Shown: positions 51,503-64,000 of the stretch, in pieces
How the letters are laid out: every line of letters starts with the position of its first letter
Numbering within the stretch: the stretch's first letter is position 1
Origin: the human T2T-CHM13v2.0 reference genome, Homo sapiens
Reading direction: 5' to 3' (one strand)
Assembly: GCF_009914755.1 (NCBI RefSeq)
Contig: NC_060930.1
Length of the DNA: 64,000 nucleotides
Program-made: the position numbers and the translations under genes
The notes under the pieces: model-generated
Seen by the model: only the letters and a program-made list of their open reading frames with translations
Told to the model about the DNA's origin: nothing
The model's database searches: none

Positions 51503-51859
51503 TGATATGGTTTGGCTGTGTCCCCACCGAATTCTCAGCTTGACTTGTAGTTCTCATAATCCGCATGTGTCATGGGAGGGACCATGTGGAGATAATTGGA
51601 TCATGGGGGCAGTTTCCCCCATTCTGTTATGATAGTGAGTTAGTTCTCACAAGACCTGATGGTTTTATAAGGGGCTTCCCCATTCTCTGGGCATTCATTC
51701 TCTCCCTTGCTGCCCGTAAAGAGGTGCCTTCTACCGTGATTGTAAGTTTCCTGAGGCCTGTCCAGCCATGTGAAACTGTGAGTCAATTAAACCTCTTTCC
51801 TTTATAAATTACCTAGTCTTGGGTATTTCTTCGTAGCAGCATGAGGTCAGACTAATACA
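51503..51859 (+). mobile_element. THE1 solo LTR
   Basis: tgatatggtttggctgtgtcccc...actaataca; TSD atagg. Confidence 0.85.
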
Positions 51860-51892
51860 ATAGGTATTTCATTAAACTTTCTTCAGCCACTC

Positions 51893-52199
51893 TTTTTGTT
51901 TGTTTGGTTGGTTTTTTTTGAGATGGAGTCTCGCTCTGTCACCCACGCTGGAGTGCAGTGGCACAATCTTGGTTCATTGCAACCTCCACCTCCTGGCTCA
52001 AGCGATTCTCTTGCCTCCGCCTCCAGAATAGCTGAGACTAGAGGTGTGCGGCACCATGCCGGGTAATTTTTGTATTTTTAGTAGAGACAGGGTTTTGCCT
52101 CGTTGGTCAGGCTGATCTCAAACTCCTAACCTCAACTTATTCACTCGCCTCAGCCTCCCAAAGTGCTGGGATTACAGGCATGAGCGACTGCACCTGGCC
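51893..52199 (-). mobile_element. Alu
   Basis: Alu consensus; TSD tcttcagccactcttttt. Confidence 0.92.
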
Positions 52200-53138
52200 T
52201 CTTCAGCCACTCTTTTTGAGTGGTCATTTTGCCACCTGCAGGAACTTCTTTAATACAAATTTACATATTGACTCGTAATTCTTTATATGCAAATCTTTTT
52301 CCTTGGGGTTAATTATGCACCCCTCAAAGGCTAGGATTATTATACCTTATTCATCTTGTATTCCCAGCAGCAACCATTGTGAGGTAAATCTTACAAGGTT
52401 CACTTCAGGATGATAATAATAATAATAAATTATAAAATATCTCTTGTAAACTGGGGAAGGCTGGGTATGATCAGGTTGAAAACTCTATTGCAGAGTGAGA
52501 GTATAAGAGTCTACCGTTGGGATATTTATCTGCTGAAGAGGGAGCAGGTAAATGTGCAAAGGGAACTGGGAAACTCTTAGGAAGATATCTTGGAATATCT
52601 TGGTTGGTCTGAATTGACCTAACCCTCAGTAGACGTAGAAGACATGAGCCATGAGTCCCATGTCTCTGTCTGTCCTAACACACCTAATTGTGGCAAAGCT
52701 CACATTATGAAAATGTGCAATCGGGACCAGTGCCCTGGGTCTAACCCCCTAGATCTTAGATTTTCTGGGGAAGCATAAGTTATGGGCTTAGTACATGGCT
52801 GAAGCTAGAAATTGCTCCATCCTCATCTCTCCTGGACAGTGGCATGCCAGAGAAAAATGACTCTATATATCCACCTACATTTTGAGATCCCAGGCCTGAG
52901 GGATAGCAGGGAGGGAGACTTCCTCTTTCTTCTTGTGAAGGGACAGAGAATGAAGATTCTGGGACTCATGTGGACAAATTGTGGCCAGTGTTTCAACCAA
53001 ACCGCCTCAGATCATGAAGTCTATGGGACAACAGGAACTCCATGTGGCAGATAGCAGCAGAGACTGATAGAATTTTCTACTGGTGTCAGGGCTACTTGAC
53101 TCCTTGAATGGAATAAGCCCCTAGGTTGTTGGATTTAA

Positions 53139-53491
53139 TGTGGGTATTAATTAATTAGGAGGCCAGTAGGCTGAGATGTCCCCAGTGCCTTGAGTCTTAT
53201 GTAAGCAAGCTAAAGCTCAACTCAGCATGAAGGTCATATCCTAGGAAAACAAGAAACTTAAACTTAACCTATCAGAAACTGCCAACTAACTTCTAACTAG
53301 TGACTTTTCACCTTAACCAAGCAAATATTTTCTTTGTTTTGCTTCCATAAACACGTTATCAAAGTTCTCCCCTCACACCCCCTCCATGAAGTCCAAATTG
53401 CTTGTGGTTTGGCACTGCCCGATTCATGAATGTCTGTCTGCTCAAAATAAACTCTTTAAAATTTTAATGTGCCTACGTTTATCTTTTAACA
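53139..53491 (+). mobile_element. Solo ERV1-type LTR (family not assigned)
   Basis: TG start, AATAAA near the end, terminal ...tatcttttaaca typical of MER4-group LTRs. Confidence 0.6.
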
Positions 53492-55175
53492 TAGGAAAGA
53501 GACTCCCAGAGGGAAAGAATGTTCTTGCTATTCTGAGATGGATGCTTAAGTGACTGAAAATGAATATTTAAAAGCTGTGATTTTATTTTATTGATGCCAG
53601 TTTGGCAAAGCAAGTTGTATACTTCCACAGCTCCCTCTTTTCTCAGGACAAAATTCAAACTTCTTGTCATGGCCTTCAAAGTCCTTAGGCCTGCGGGCCT
53701 TGTTCCCGGATCCTACCTCATCATCACTCCTGCTACCTCGTGCTTTAATGCTTCACTCAGACTGTCTTCTCTTTCTTTGAATACACCTTGCTCAGTCTCT
53801 CTCTTTTACACCATTAACCGTGCTGAGCCTCCATCAGGATTCCACCCCTGCTGCCCAACTATAGCTCTACCTCATAACTGCAACTCGTCTTGCCTGCAAA
53901 TCTCAAGTCAGATATGACTGCCCTCCCTGAGAATCCACCTCTGACCCATGGAGTCCAGCTGAGGTGGCCTGACCAGGTGCACCCCCAGCATTATCTCATC
54001 CCTTAGCATGGAGTTGTGAGTTAAATTTTGTTCCCCAAGAAGAGTATGTTGAGTATGTTCAAGTCCTAACCCCAGATACAAATAAGGTCTCTGGAGGTGT
54101 AATCTAGTTAAGATGAAGTCACACTGGATAAGGGTGGCTCCCAATCCAATTCCTGATGTCCTTATAAGGAGATCATTTCTTATTACTACTTATTTTTTCA
54201 TCCCACCAAACTGAAGGCTGGACTACCCCAAAAGTGGCAGAGGTGAATTCCCACAATTTCATTCTGAGGTGGGCCAGTTGGGATTCCAAAGAAAGAAGCA
54301 CTAAATGCTAAGTTGATCAGTCCACTGCATTTACTAGGGGAACTTACAGTACTGCAGCAGTCCTCATGACAGATGAAAGAAAAGGCATGTTCTACCTAGA
54401 AAAGTCCGCAGTGAGGGGGTCAGGGTATGGAATCCATGTGAAACTTTAAGGAGTTTGGCTCAGAACCAGGACCAGTTTCTTTTTGTATTTGGAGCAACAA
54501 CCTAGATATCTTTATCAGTGTCTGCAAATGTTCAAGGCCCTGGTTTAGCTTTAAGCCTGCTGGGAAAAACCTGCAGCTGGTTGGGTCATGGAGTGGCCAA
54601 GGCACTCTGATTTGCAGTCAGGACACAGAAAGAAAGCAAGGGAACTGGAGGACCCTACAGTCTACCTCTCTGACTGGCTCTTACAATTTCACAGGGCCAC
54701 CTTTTTTGTGATGTTTCCTAAGCAGGCAGAAAAGGGTGGGATCTCCTATAAGGTCCTTTGCCCCTAAGTTTATGAAACACTGCCAACAAAACCTACACCA
54801 ACAGTAAATACAGATGCACATGACAAGACCTAAAATCACCAATTCCCAAAAGCCTTACTAAGAGAGCTTTCCACCAAGGACTGCATCCCCCAGACCATGA
54901 TATAGACCACTAGGAGTCAACCACCCTGTGGCCAATTAGCTGTAATTGCTTTTGTAAATGAGAGAGGAATTTATTAACTTCAGCTTCTTTAGGATGCATA
55001 CGCAACATTCAGTTTTTAAAAGGGCACAGGTTCTGTGGTCAGTAAAGAACGTCATGTTCTAACAGGTCTGGAAGCTCTGAGTTTATCTTGGGACTTCAAG
55101 TGGAGAGGATCACCCAACTCACAGGTATTTGAGGACACAAACCCATGACTGGGTTCGGCTTTAAAAGTCTTATCT

Positions 55176-55448
<273 letters not shown>

Positions 55449-55939
55449 TTATCTGAAATTCCTTGTGGAACAGAATTTCATCAAAGCCAATCCAAAAGGC
55501 CTATGTAGAAATAACCATTCTTGCTGCACTTTATGCAAATCATTATGCCAAGTAGGAGACTAAAAGTTTATTCTACGAACAACACATACGGTCCTATCAT
55601 AATTTGTTTTTACCAAAAATGAGGACTGGAGAGAAAAATTGTACTCCAAAGCTTATCATACATTTGTCATTAAATCCTAGTCTCATTAATTGTTTTTAAG
55701 CCTTTTTCCTGCATTTTAGACTAACCCTGCTTATTCCTGTCAATCAAGTGGTGATTTCCTGCAGCTTGGAAGAAAGAAAAAGGGATGGGTAATGTAAAAA
55801 ATCTGGATTAATATGCTAGTTCTGGGCAATTATCCTGCAAATTCTGCCAGGAAATGAAAGAGGAGGGTGCCCATAACCCAGAGGCTTCTTTGGGAAAATA
55901 AAACCAAGGAACTTCATAGACCCCCAAAGGGAAATTCTA

Positions 55940-56256
55940 TATCTTGGATTAACACCTCTAGTAAAGTAGAGGACGATCTACAGGCACTTAAAGATCAAAT
56001 CAAAATCATTGACAGGCTCAGGGAAAATGCAGGCTTCAGCCCTGGGTGGCTACAATCCCTCTTTAATGAATTCCAGTCTTCTTTACGGAATTGGTTAACC
56101 CCTTTATTAAGCCCTCTCTTGCTTATATGTCTCGTATTGATATTTGGACCCTGTATACTCAATACTGTAACTCGAATTGTTTCTTCTTGCCTGGGGGCAA
56201 TCAAACTCCAAATGGTGCTGCAAACTGAACCACACATGAACATGGCATTCTTCTGA
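55940..56256 (+). pseudogene. Env TM C-terminal fragment of the inserted ERV1
   Basis: WINTSSKVE...WLTPLLSPLLLICLVLIFGPCILN...AIKLQMVLQ, typical gammaretroviral TM, cytoplasmic tail and R-peptide region. Confidence 0.85.
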
Positions 56257-56522
56257 GGACTCTTAGATAGACCCCAGGAGGAGCCCTAGCTGCTGTTCCT
56301 TACTCGACACCCCTTTTCAGCAGGAAGTAGCCAGAAAGAGTCATCGCCCAAAACCCCCTAACAGCAGTTAGTGTGACATCTCCACAGAGGGGCATGTTGT
56401 AGGAGTTATTAAGAAATTATTTTAGGCAGATAGAAAGGAAAAGGGGTCCTTGAGAAGTGTTTATTTTTAAAGCTGCTCTGGAAATGTTTCTGGTAAAGCC
56501 CCGGCAGAGCCAGGCAGGCAAC

Positions 56523-56537
56523 CTTTGATATGCAAAT
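56523..56537 (+). promoter_or_regulatory. Composite SOX-OCT motif CTTTGATATGCAAAT (second octamer ATTTGCAT at 56673-56680)
   Basis: Direct motif match within the LTR U3. Confidence 0.6.
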
Positions 56538-56943
56538 GCAGGCCATTAGAAACTAGGTCCGCTCAAACATGGCAATTCCTGCCTTCTTCTTGCCCTTGCC
56601 CCGCCATGTGCCTAGCAGCAAGGTCGCCCCCACATATCCCCATGTGTGTAGAACATTGTGGTGGTGCCCTGTATTTGCATATGAAAAGGCTAGGGTGGGA
56701 GGGCCAGCTTTTTCCGCAGGCTACGTGAATGACATGCCTGGTCAAAGCAATCCCCTGAGCCCTGTGCAAATCAGACACCACCTCCTCCAGCCTACTCATA
56801 AAACTGGCTGGTATCCATAGCACTTGGGGCCTCCTCTTTCAGCTTTGGAGACCGCCTCCCTCTGTCTCTGTACAGGGGAGCCTCTTCCTTCTGCCTTCTC
56901 TTTTCTTTCTTGCCTGTTAAACTCTCTGCTCCTTAAAACCAAA

Positions 56944-56974
<31 letters not shown>

Positions 56975-58369
56975 GCCTCCTTGCACAGCTGTTAACATGT
57001 CTAGAGCTACTCCCCTCTGTAGACCACTTTCCTCATTGCAGCTGTCTCAATGTTCAAGGCCTCCTAACCACTCTCAGTGTCATTCAAAGCTATGGAGACA
57101 AATCTTTGAAGGGTTTCCATCTTCTGCATGATATCAGTAGAGCCTCTTGGAGGCACAAGAGGTACAGTCAATAAGTAATACCATAAAGAAAAAATAGACC
57201 TATTCCATTGAACCTTCCAGATGGGCTGACTGAGGGGGACGGGGATGGTGTGAATCTGGAGTGCAGCTATGGGAAGCCAAGGGTACACCATCCAAGCCAT
57301 CCCCGGGGGAAGCCAGGACCAAAAGTGAGTAGCACAGAGCCACTGGGAGCCATTTGGGGCAATTCAATATATTCCCGGCCTACAAGACCAGTCTGTAACA
57401 GACCAATCAGTGTCTCTAAGTGTGAAGATCTGTTGGCATTGAGCAGTTGGGAGGAACACTAGGTACCTGGTGTCATTTACCTGTGTGTTCTTAGAGGAAC
57501 TATGTTATTCCCAATAGAGCTCTGCCACCCAGGAGAGCATCCCCGTTGTAGGGGTGAGCCATACAAAGCCATTCCACACTTGTCAGCATGATCCCTATTG
57601 CTGGAGTGTGTGTTTTTCAGGGCAGTTCTGACTTTGGTGCTTGCCTCCCTGCAGGACACGTTTAGAGAAAACCTTACATTATGTCCAGGATTGCTCAGTG
57701 TCACATCCCATGTTTGAGTGTGTGATGTCAGAGGTATCTAGGATACCCCTTTCCCTACATTGTTCAGTTATCCACATTTGCAGAGATCCAGTTTTCACTC
57801 AGTAGCAGTTCAGTCCACCATGGAGTTTCTCCTTGGCTGCTTAGGGATATAAGACCACATACCCAGCAGTTAGATTGGGCTTGCATACAGGTTGGGTGAT
57901 GGGCCTAGCCCAGGAAAATGTCCTCTGAGGATATCCAAGCTCTAGTGGGAATGATATAACAGAAAAGGAGAAGGCTGCTCAAGCTAACAGCAAAAAGATA
58001 AGGCTGCTGAGATTATTGCAGAGGGAAGGTCTGGTACTAGTTTTGTTATACAGGTGGGGCAGGAGGCTGTGGGAATCTCTCCTGGAGGCTGTACTAGACC
58101 TCTGTCCCAGTGTGGGAGGAGCTACTGACTCCACAGTGACAGGGCTGGGTGAGATCCACTGGACTAGTGCCCACCAGTATGGGGCACTGCCTGCCCACTG
58201 CCAGTGCATCTACCAGGGCCTGTATCAAAAAGGAAAGTGGGGGTCAGGTTTAGGGAAGGGGTGCTCCCTACCTCAAGGAAAGAAGGACACCAGTCTAGCC
58301 TGGTGGCACTTTCTACACTTGATCTTAGCCAAAAGGCCAAGAAGCGATGGCACTTTCTATCCCAGGTCT

Positions 58370-59410
58370 CATCTCAAAGTTCCCTGATCAGGTGTTATGG
58401 GACAAGAGGAGCACAAAATCAGGGCATTCTGTGTGGAACTGAGTTCTGTTCTGAAGACAGTGTCTGATTTTCTCCATACCTGCATGGCTAGCACCAGGTT
58501 CTTTACATCTTCCTGATGTTCATAAGTAGACATTTTTCCCACAATGGGGGCCACACTCAAGGCACGAACAGCTTCCATGAACACTACAACCCAGCTTCTC
58601 AGTGAGGAGAGTCCTATCAAGAGCTTAAAATTTTTCCTTTAGGAGGCCATTTTTTTCTCTCTATAAATCCCACTCCCTGCTGGTGGTAGGGCAGATGAAA
58701 TTGCCTCTTTTTCAGTTCCATCTTGGATTAGGGAGCCTGTGCAGTGTGTTATTTGATCACTGGTGATAGTTCTTGGGGTACCATACATGATTTGCAAGCA
58801 TTGCAAACACTGTATAGTCCATGTCTGATTTACTTTTCCACAGGGGAATGCTTGCAAGAGGCCACTCACAGTGTCTACGCTTGTGAGTGCATATCGATAT
58901 CCCTTACTTTTAGGGAATGAGCCAATATAATCTATTTGCCATGTGTCCATGGCTTTCTCCCCTCTTGTTATGTTTCTGGTGGCCCCTGGCACTTGCCAAA
59001 GTTGGGCTTGGCAACAGACAGGGCAATTTTGTCTTATCTTTTCTATTTCTTGTGTGGACACTGGCAAACCAGCTTGTTGGGCCAGTTTTCAAGTAGTATG
59101 CAGCCTTCTATGACCTCCCCTCCAATGTATCCAATGTGCTACATCTGCATCTTCAGAGGTGACCACTGACCTGGCTTGGGCGAGAGTATCTGCATCTATA
59201 TTTCCACTGGGGGATGATTGTTGGTGAGATGCTATGTGGGACACTGTGACTTCAGCCCCTGGTTGGTATAATTGATCCCAAATGCTTGCCCATAGTTCTG
59301 CCTCCCACAACAGCTTTCCATGTATAGACCATTGATCCTTTTCCCATTGGTTATCCACAGTGTCAACCCCTTTGTGACTGCCTGGGAATCAACATACAGG
59401 GCTACTGGGT
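58370..59410 (-). pseudogene. ERV pol remnant: RNase H C-terminus and integrase
   Basis: VSHIASH...GNIDADTLA; CPVC zinc finger; WQIDYIG.FP...YALTSVDTVSGLL; ITSDQ.TH. Confidence 0.9.
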
Positions 59411-59415
59411 ATGGC

Positions 59416-60445
59416 TATTTCTTTATAGCAATGCCATTCTTGCATTGCTATAAAGAAATACCTGAGACTGGGTAACTTATACAGAAAAGAGGTTTAATTT
59501 GCCCATGTTTCTGCAGACTGTACAGGAGGAGTAGCACCAACATCTGCTTCTGGGGAGGCCTCAGGAAGCTTTTACTCATGGCAGAGGGTAAAGGGGGAGC
59601 TTACCTGTCACATGGCGAAAGTAGGAGCAAGAGGCAGAGTTTGGTTATAGGGGATGGAGGTGTTATATACTTTTAAACAACCAGTTCTCATGTGAACTCA
59701 GAGTGAGAGCTCACTTATCACCAGGGGGATGGCCCAAGCCATTTGTGATTATGTCAAACTTGATTGGATTGAAGGATGCCTGGATAGCTGGGAAAGTATT
59801 ATTTCTGGGTGTGTCTGTGAGGGTGTTGCCAGAGGAGATTCACATTTGAGTCAGTAGGACTGGCAGAGGAAGACCCACCTTCAATGTGGGGGGGGCACCA
59901 TCACTTTGGCTGCCAGCATGGCTAGAACGAAGCCCGTAGAAGAAAGTGGGATAACCTTGCTTGCTAAGTCCTCTGGCTGCCTTCTTTCTCCCGTGCTGGA
60001 TTCTTCCTCCCGCTCCTCTTGCCCTTGTCATTAGACTCCAGGTTCTTTGGCCTTTGGACTCTGGGGCTTGCACCAGCGGCTTGCTGGGAGCTCTCGGGCT
60101 TTTGGCCACAGACTGAAGGCTGCACTGTTGGCTTCCCTGGTGTGAGGCTTTCAGACTCAGACTGAGCCACTACTGGTTCTCTCTTCTCCAGCTTGCAGAT
60201 GGTGTATTGTGGGACTTAGCCTTGTAATTATGTGAGCCAACTCTCTCTAATAGACTCATATATAGGAGATATATATCTGTCTCTCTACCTTACCAGTTCT
60301 GTCCCTCTAGTGAACCCCAACTAATACACCATTCATGAGGGATCTGCCCGCAAGATCCAGATACCTCCCACCAGGCTCTACTTCCAACATTGGGGATGAC
60401 AGTTCAACATGAGTTTGGGCAGGGACAAATATCCAAACTATATCA
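59416..60445 (-). mobile_element. MST (MSTC-like) LTR inserted in pol, itself interrupted by an MLT2 LTR (+, 59744-60328, TSD ccatt)
   Basis: MST reverse consensus on both sides; MLT2 tatgtcaaacttgattggattgaaggatgc...ctaataca. Confidence 0.85.
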
Positions 60446-60449
60446 GGCT

Positions 60450-61870
60450 TTTCCATAACCACTAACCGGGTATCTTGTAACTCTGCCCACCCAATTCCAG
60501 GTTCCACCCGCATCGTATCAGTGGCTAGTTGAATTGCCACTGTGGTCCACCTGGGTGGCTGACCCACACTGGAGCCATCTCTGTACCTAGCATCCTTGGG
60601 TGCTTTCCTATCTCTGTCCTTTATTTGATGGGGTTTCTCTGGGGGCAGTGTTGGGATTGATTTTAAATCTATCAGTATGTTGTGCAGGTCCCAGCAGGGC
60701 CTGTAGTTCTATAGACAGAGGGCTGGAGGGAAGGTGTCTTCTCTGCTCGAGATATGCATACCATCTAAACAGAATCCTGTTTTTCTATGGCTGATGTAGG
60801 TCTGGCAAATAGGCCATCAATCCAACCCCTAATAGGATAGTCTGTTTTTACTTCCACTGGCATATCTCCAGGTAGCGGCTCTGTTTGCAAGAGGACTTGG
60901 TAAACTGCAAGGAGTTTTCATTTTTTCCAACAGGGTATAGTATTGCTGGGCTCCTCTGAACAATCCTGACCAAAAGCCAATGGGCATTTGTTGGTTACCC
61001 TCTCTCTGCCAGAGGGTCCAACCCATTGTTTTCCTCAGTCACAGAAACATTGAATTCAAATGGTCTCTCAGGGATGACCATTTACAGGGTTTGTGCTTGC
61101 ATCACTAAGGCCTTTGTCTGAGTAAATGAGGCTTCTTTAGTGCCCCAGACCCCATGGGCTCCCTTCTTTATCAGGAGCTATAATGGTCTGAGACATTGGG
61201 CCAAGTGGGGAACACAGGTCTGCCAATATTCCAACAGGCCTTCAAAGGGCTGTAATTCCATAATGGTGTGAGGCCATGGGTATACCTGTATCTTGTCAAT
61301 CACGGCTGTTGGTCTTACCTGACCAGATCACATCCAGGAATTTTACAGTGCCCCCTGGCCCCTGGACTTTCTTTGGGTTGCTAGTCCATCCTCTTGATTG
61401 CAGGTACTCTAGAGTCTTTTGGGTACCTTCTGCAAAGGACTCAAATCTGTAGAAGTTAGCAAAATATCTCCACATAATGATTTCAGAGACTGCCAGACAT
61501 ACCACTCAAAATGGCCAGGTCTCTGGGTACCAAGCCATGGCAGATAGTGGGACTATACAAGTACCCCTGGGGGAGCACCTGAAAGGTCCTCCCCGGTGAA
61601 GAAAATCATGTTCTGGGACTTTGGGTATAAGGGTGCTAAAGAAAGCTTTTGCTAAATCCGAGACAGTATGCCGTATACCTAAACAAGTAGCCAGCCTTTC
61701 CAGTATTTGAGCCACATTTGGAACAGTGTCATGTCTGGCCAAAGTCAGCTTATTTAGTTCCCAGCAATCAGCCATCATCCTCCAGGTCCCATCAGGCTTT
61801 CCTGCCCACCATACAGGGCTGTTGTATGAGCTCTGTGTAGAATGCACAATCCCCATTCTCTCCAGTCCTT
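60450..61870 (-). pseudogene. ERV pol remnant: reverse transcriptase, connection and RNase H start
   Basis: SSYNSPVW..KPDGTWRM..D..ELNK; DLAKAFFS; KVQGPG.TVKFL.VIW; PIGFWS; DGSS...WAEL; frameshifted. Confidence 0.88.
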
Positions 61871-61877
61871 GAAGAGT

Positions 61878-62119
61878 AGGACTCTTGGACTTATATCAGT
61901 GGTCGCTGGCAAACCACTGAAGGCTGCACTGTCTGCTTCCCTACTTTTGAGGTTTTGGGACTCGGACTGAGCAACTACTGGCTTCCTAGCTCTTCAGCTT
62001 GCAGACAGCCTATAGTGGGACTTCACCTTATGATCATGTGAGTCCGTTCTCTTTAATAAATTCCCTTTCATGTGTACATCTATCCTATTAGTTCCTTCCC
62101 TCTGGAGAACTCTAATACA
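61878..62119 (+). mobile_element. MLT2A LTR 3' fragment
   Basis: gaaggctgcactgtctgcttccctacttttgaggttttgggactcggactg...ctaataca. Confidence 0.8.
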
Positions 62120-62490
62120 CCAGGCCACTACTGTAGCCACTATCCACCCCTGGCCACTAGTGAGTGGGTCTTCTGGTGCCTCCTCTTTTCCCATTTTTTC
62201 TTTTATTTTCTTCTCTGACTCTCCACCACCTGCAGGTGGGACTCAGAGCTGCCACCACACCCAAAGCTCCCGTGGTAGCAAAATTGAGACTGCGGACTCC
62301 TCAGGCACCTCTCTGCAGAGTGCCCTTTCTCCATTTTTTCCCATTGGGTGTGTATGTAACTAACAGAGTGGTGGTGCTGTGCATGCCTCTTTCCAGCTGT
62401 AATTCCTCCTCTACCTTGGGCTCCTTGCTTGGCTGCCAGCTGAGCCTCTGTTGCCAGCCAGACTGCCCTATCCCCACCACTATGCCTGGA

Positions 62491-62819
62491 TTTTTTTTTT
62501 TTTTTTTTTTTTTTTGGAGACGGAGTCTCGCTTTTTCACCCAGGCCAGAGTGCAGTGGCACAATCTCGGCTCATGGCAACCTCTACCTCCCAGGTTTAAG
62601 CGATTCCCCTGCCTCAGGCTCCTGAGCAGCTGGGATCACAGGCATTCACCATCACGCCTGGGTAATGTTTGTATTTTTGGTGCTAATGTTTGTATTTTTG
62701 CTAGGGACGAGGTTTTACCATGTTGGCCAGGCTGATCTCGAACTCCTGACCTCAAGTGATCTGCCTGCTTCAGCCTCCCAAAGTGCTGGAATTACAGGTG
62801 TGAGCCACCAGGCCCAGCC
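62491..62819 (-). mobile_element. Alu with an internal ~21-bp tandem duplication (taatgtttgtatttttg)
   Basis: Alu consensus. Confidence 0.9.
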
Positions 62820-62982
62820 TATCACCGGACTTCTTTACCCCATATTTGCAATTTTAAACCTTCCATCAGCCTAGGAGGTGTGGGGTAAGCATTTAGCAAG
62901 CGGACCACAAAGCTCCACATAGAGCTCTGTGGCCATCCTGGGATTTCCCTAGTCAGTTCGTCTTCCTCAGCCCATTTCTTTT

Positions 62983-63002
62983 GAATCCTCCTGACGATGC
63001 CA
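62983..63002 (-). promoter_or_regulatory. Primer-binding site complementary to tRNA-Ser
   Basis: Plus strand gaatcctcctgacgatgcca vs recalled tRNA-Ser 3' end gaatcctgccgactacgcca (16/20), immediately inside the 5' LTR. Confidence 0.7.
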
Positions 63003-64000
63003 ATTTTTTCATTCCAATGAACGCTTGGCTTGGAAATTCCCACAAGGGAGTGCCCCAAATCTTCTCAAGATGGCACTGGTTGGGATTCTAAAGAACCAGC
63101 ACTAAACACCAGAGTGATCAGTCCAAAGCATTTATGAGGGAAACATACAGTGGGCTGCAGTAATGCTCACGACAGACAGTGAGAGAAAAGGGCTATTCTA
63201 CCTAGGTATGTGTGCAGCAAGGAGCTCAGGATATGAGGTTCAACATGAGGGTTTAAGGAGTCTGGCTCATGGCCAGGGCCAGTTTCTTTCAATGTTTTGG
63301 GCAACAACCAAGACACCTTTATCAGTGCCTGGAAATGTTCAAGGCCTCCGTTTGGGTTCAAGCCTGCTGGGAAAAACCTAAAGCTTGGCTGTTTCAGAGT
63401 GGTCAAGACACTATGATTTTCAGTCAGGACCCAGAAAGAAAACAGGAAAACTGGAGGACAAAATGCTGTTATTATTTATAATCCTATTACTAGTGTCCTT
63501 AGAGGAAAATTTGGATGGAGACACACACAGGGAGAATGGCCTGTGATGATGGAGGCAGAGATTAGAGTGATGCATGAAGCAAACCAAAGAATGGCAACGA
63601 TGGCCAAGAACCATCAGAGGCAAGAAAAACAAAGGAGAATTCCCTAAGGCCTTCAGAGAGAACACCGCCCTGCTCACATCTCAATTTTGGATTCATAGCC
63701 TCCAGAACTGTGAAAGAATAAATTTCTATTGTTTTAAGTCACTAAGTTTGCGGTAATTTTTTGTAGCAGTCCTAGGAATGGGATACTTATGGTATACATG
63801 ATTTTTTATTGGAGTTACCTATTTTTGTGTCTCTCTCACTAAAGTAACCCCATTATGGCTTGTTAATCATTATTTATCCAGCTCCTGGAACAGTGAGTAT
63901 TTTATATTAGATAAAAATAGATATTGTTTCCTTAATTAAACAGGAAAAATATTGGGTGCCCGAAGGAAAATGGTTCTTAAAAAAAAGCTTTTCAAAACAC

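Noticed and set aside
55867-56256. Possible captured functional env (syncytin-like)
   Set aside because: Only the TM C-terminus is present, with no signal peptide, SU, fusion peptide or ISD, and it starts at GTG in non-env sequence.

Overview
Primate (human-like) genomic DNA rich in Alu, ERV and MaLR repeats. It contains the four coding exons and 3' UTR of TMEM14A (+ strand, 99 aa, spliced CDS 1843-1912/6599-6700/8862-8949/10794-10833). Convergent with it is a complete six-coding-exon, intron-containing alpha-class glutathione S-transferase pseudogene (- strand, 12660-28608, probably GSTA8P). Most of its exons are missed or misframed by the ORF track. It has no frameshifts and is disabled by two nonsense codons and one AG>AA acceptor change, and it encodes a 16-aa C-terminal extension absent from GSTA1. 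The remaining ~35 kb is a nested retroelement field. It includes a two-LTR MER41A provirus splitting an Alu and an old class III provirus (MER54-like LTRs, tRNA-Ser PBS) with pol and a gamma-type env. That env is interrupted by an L1-retrotransposed, polyadenylated LTR9-like ERV fragment carrying a SOX-OCT motif. Several local template-switch rearrangements are also visible. I found no clearly novel biological system. Repeat family names come from recalled consensus sequences and need RepeatMasker/Dfam confirmation.
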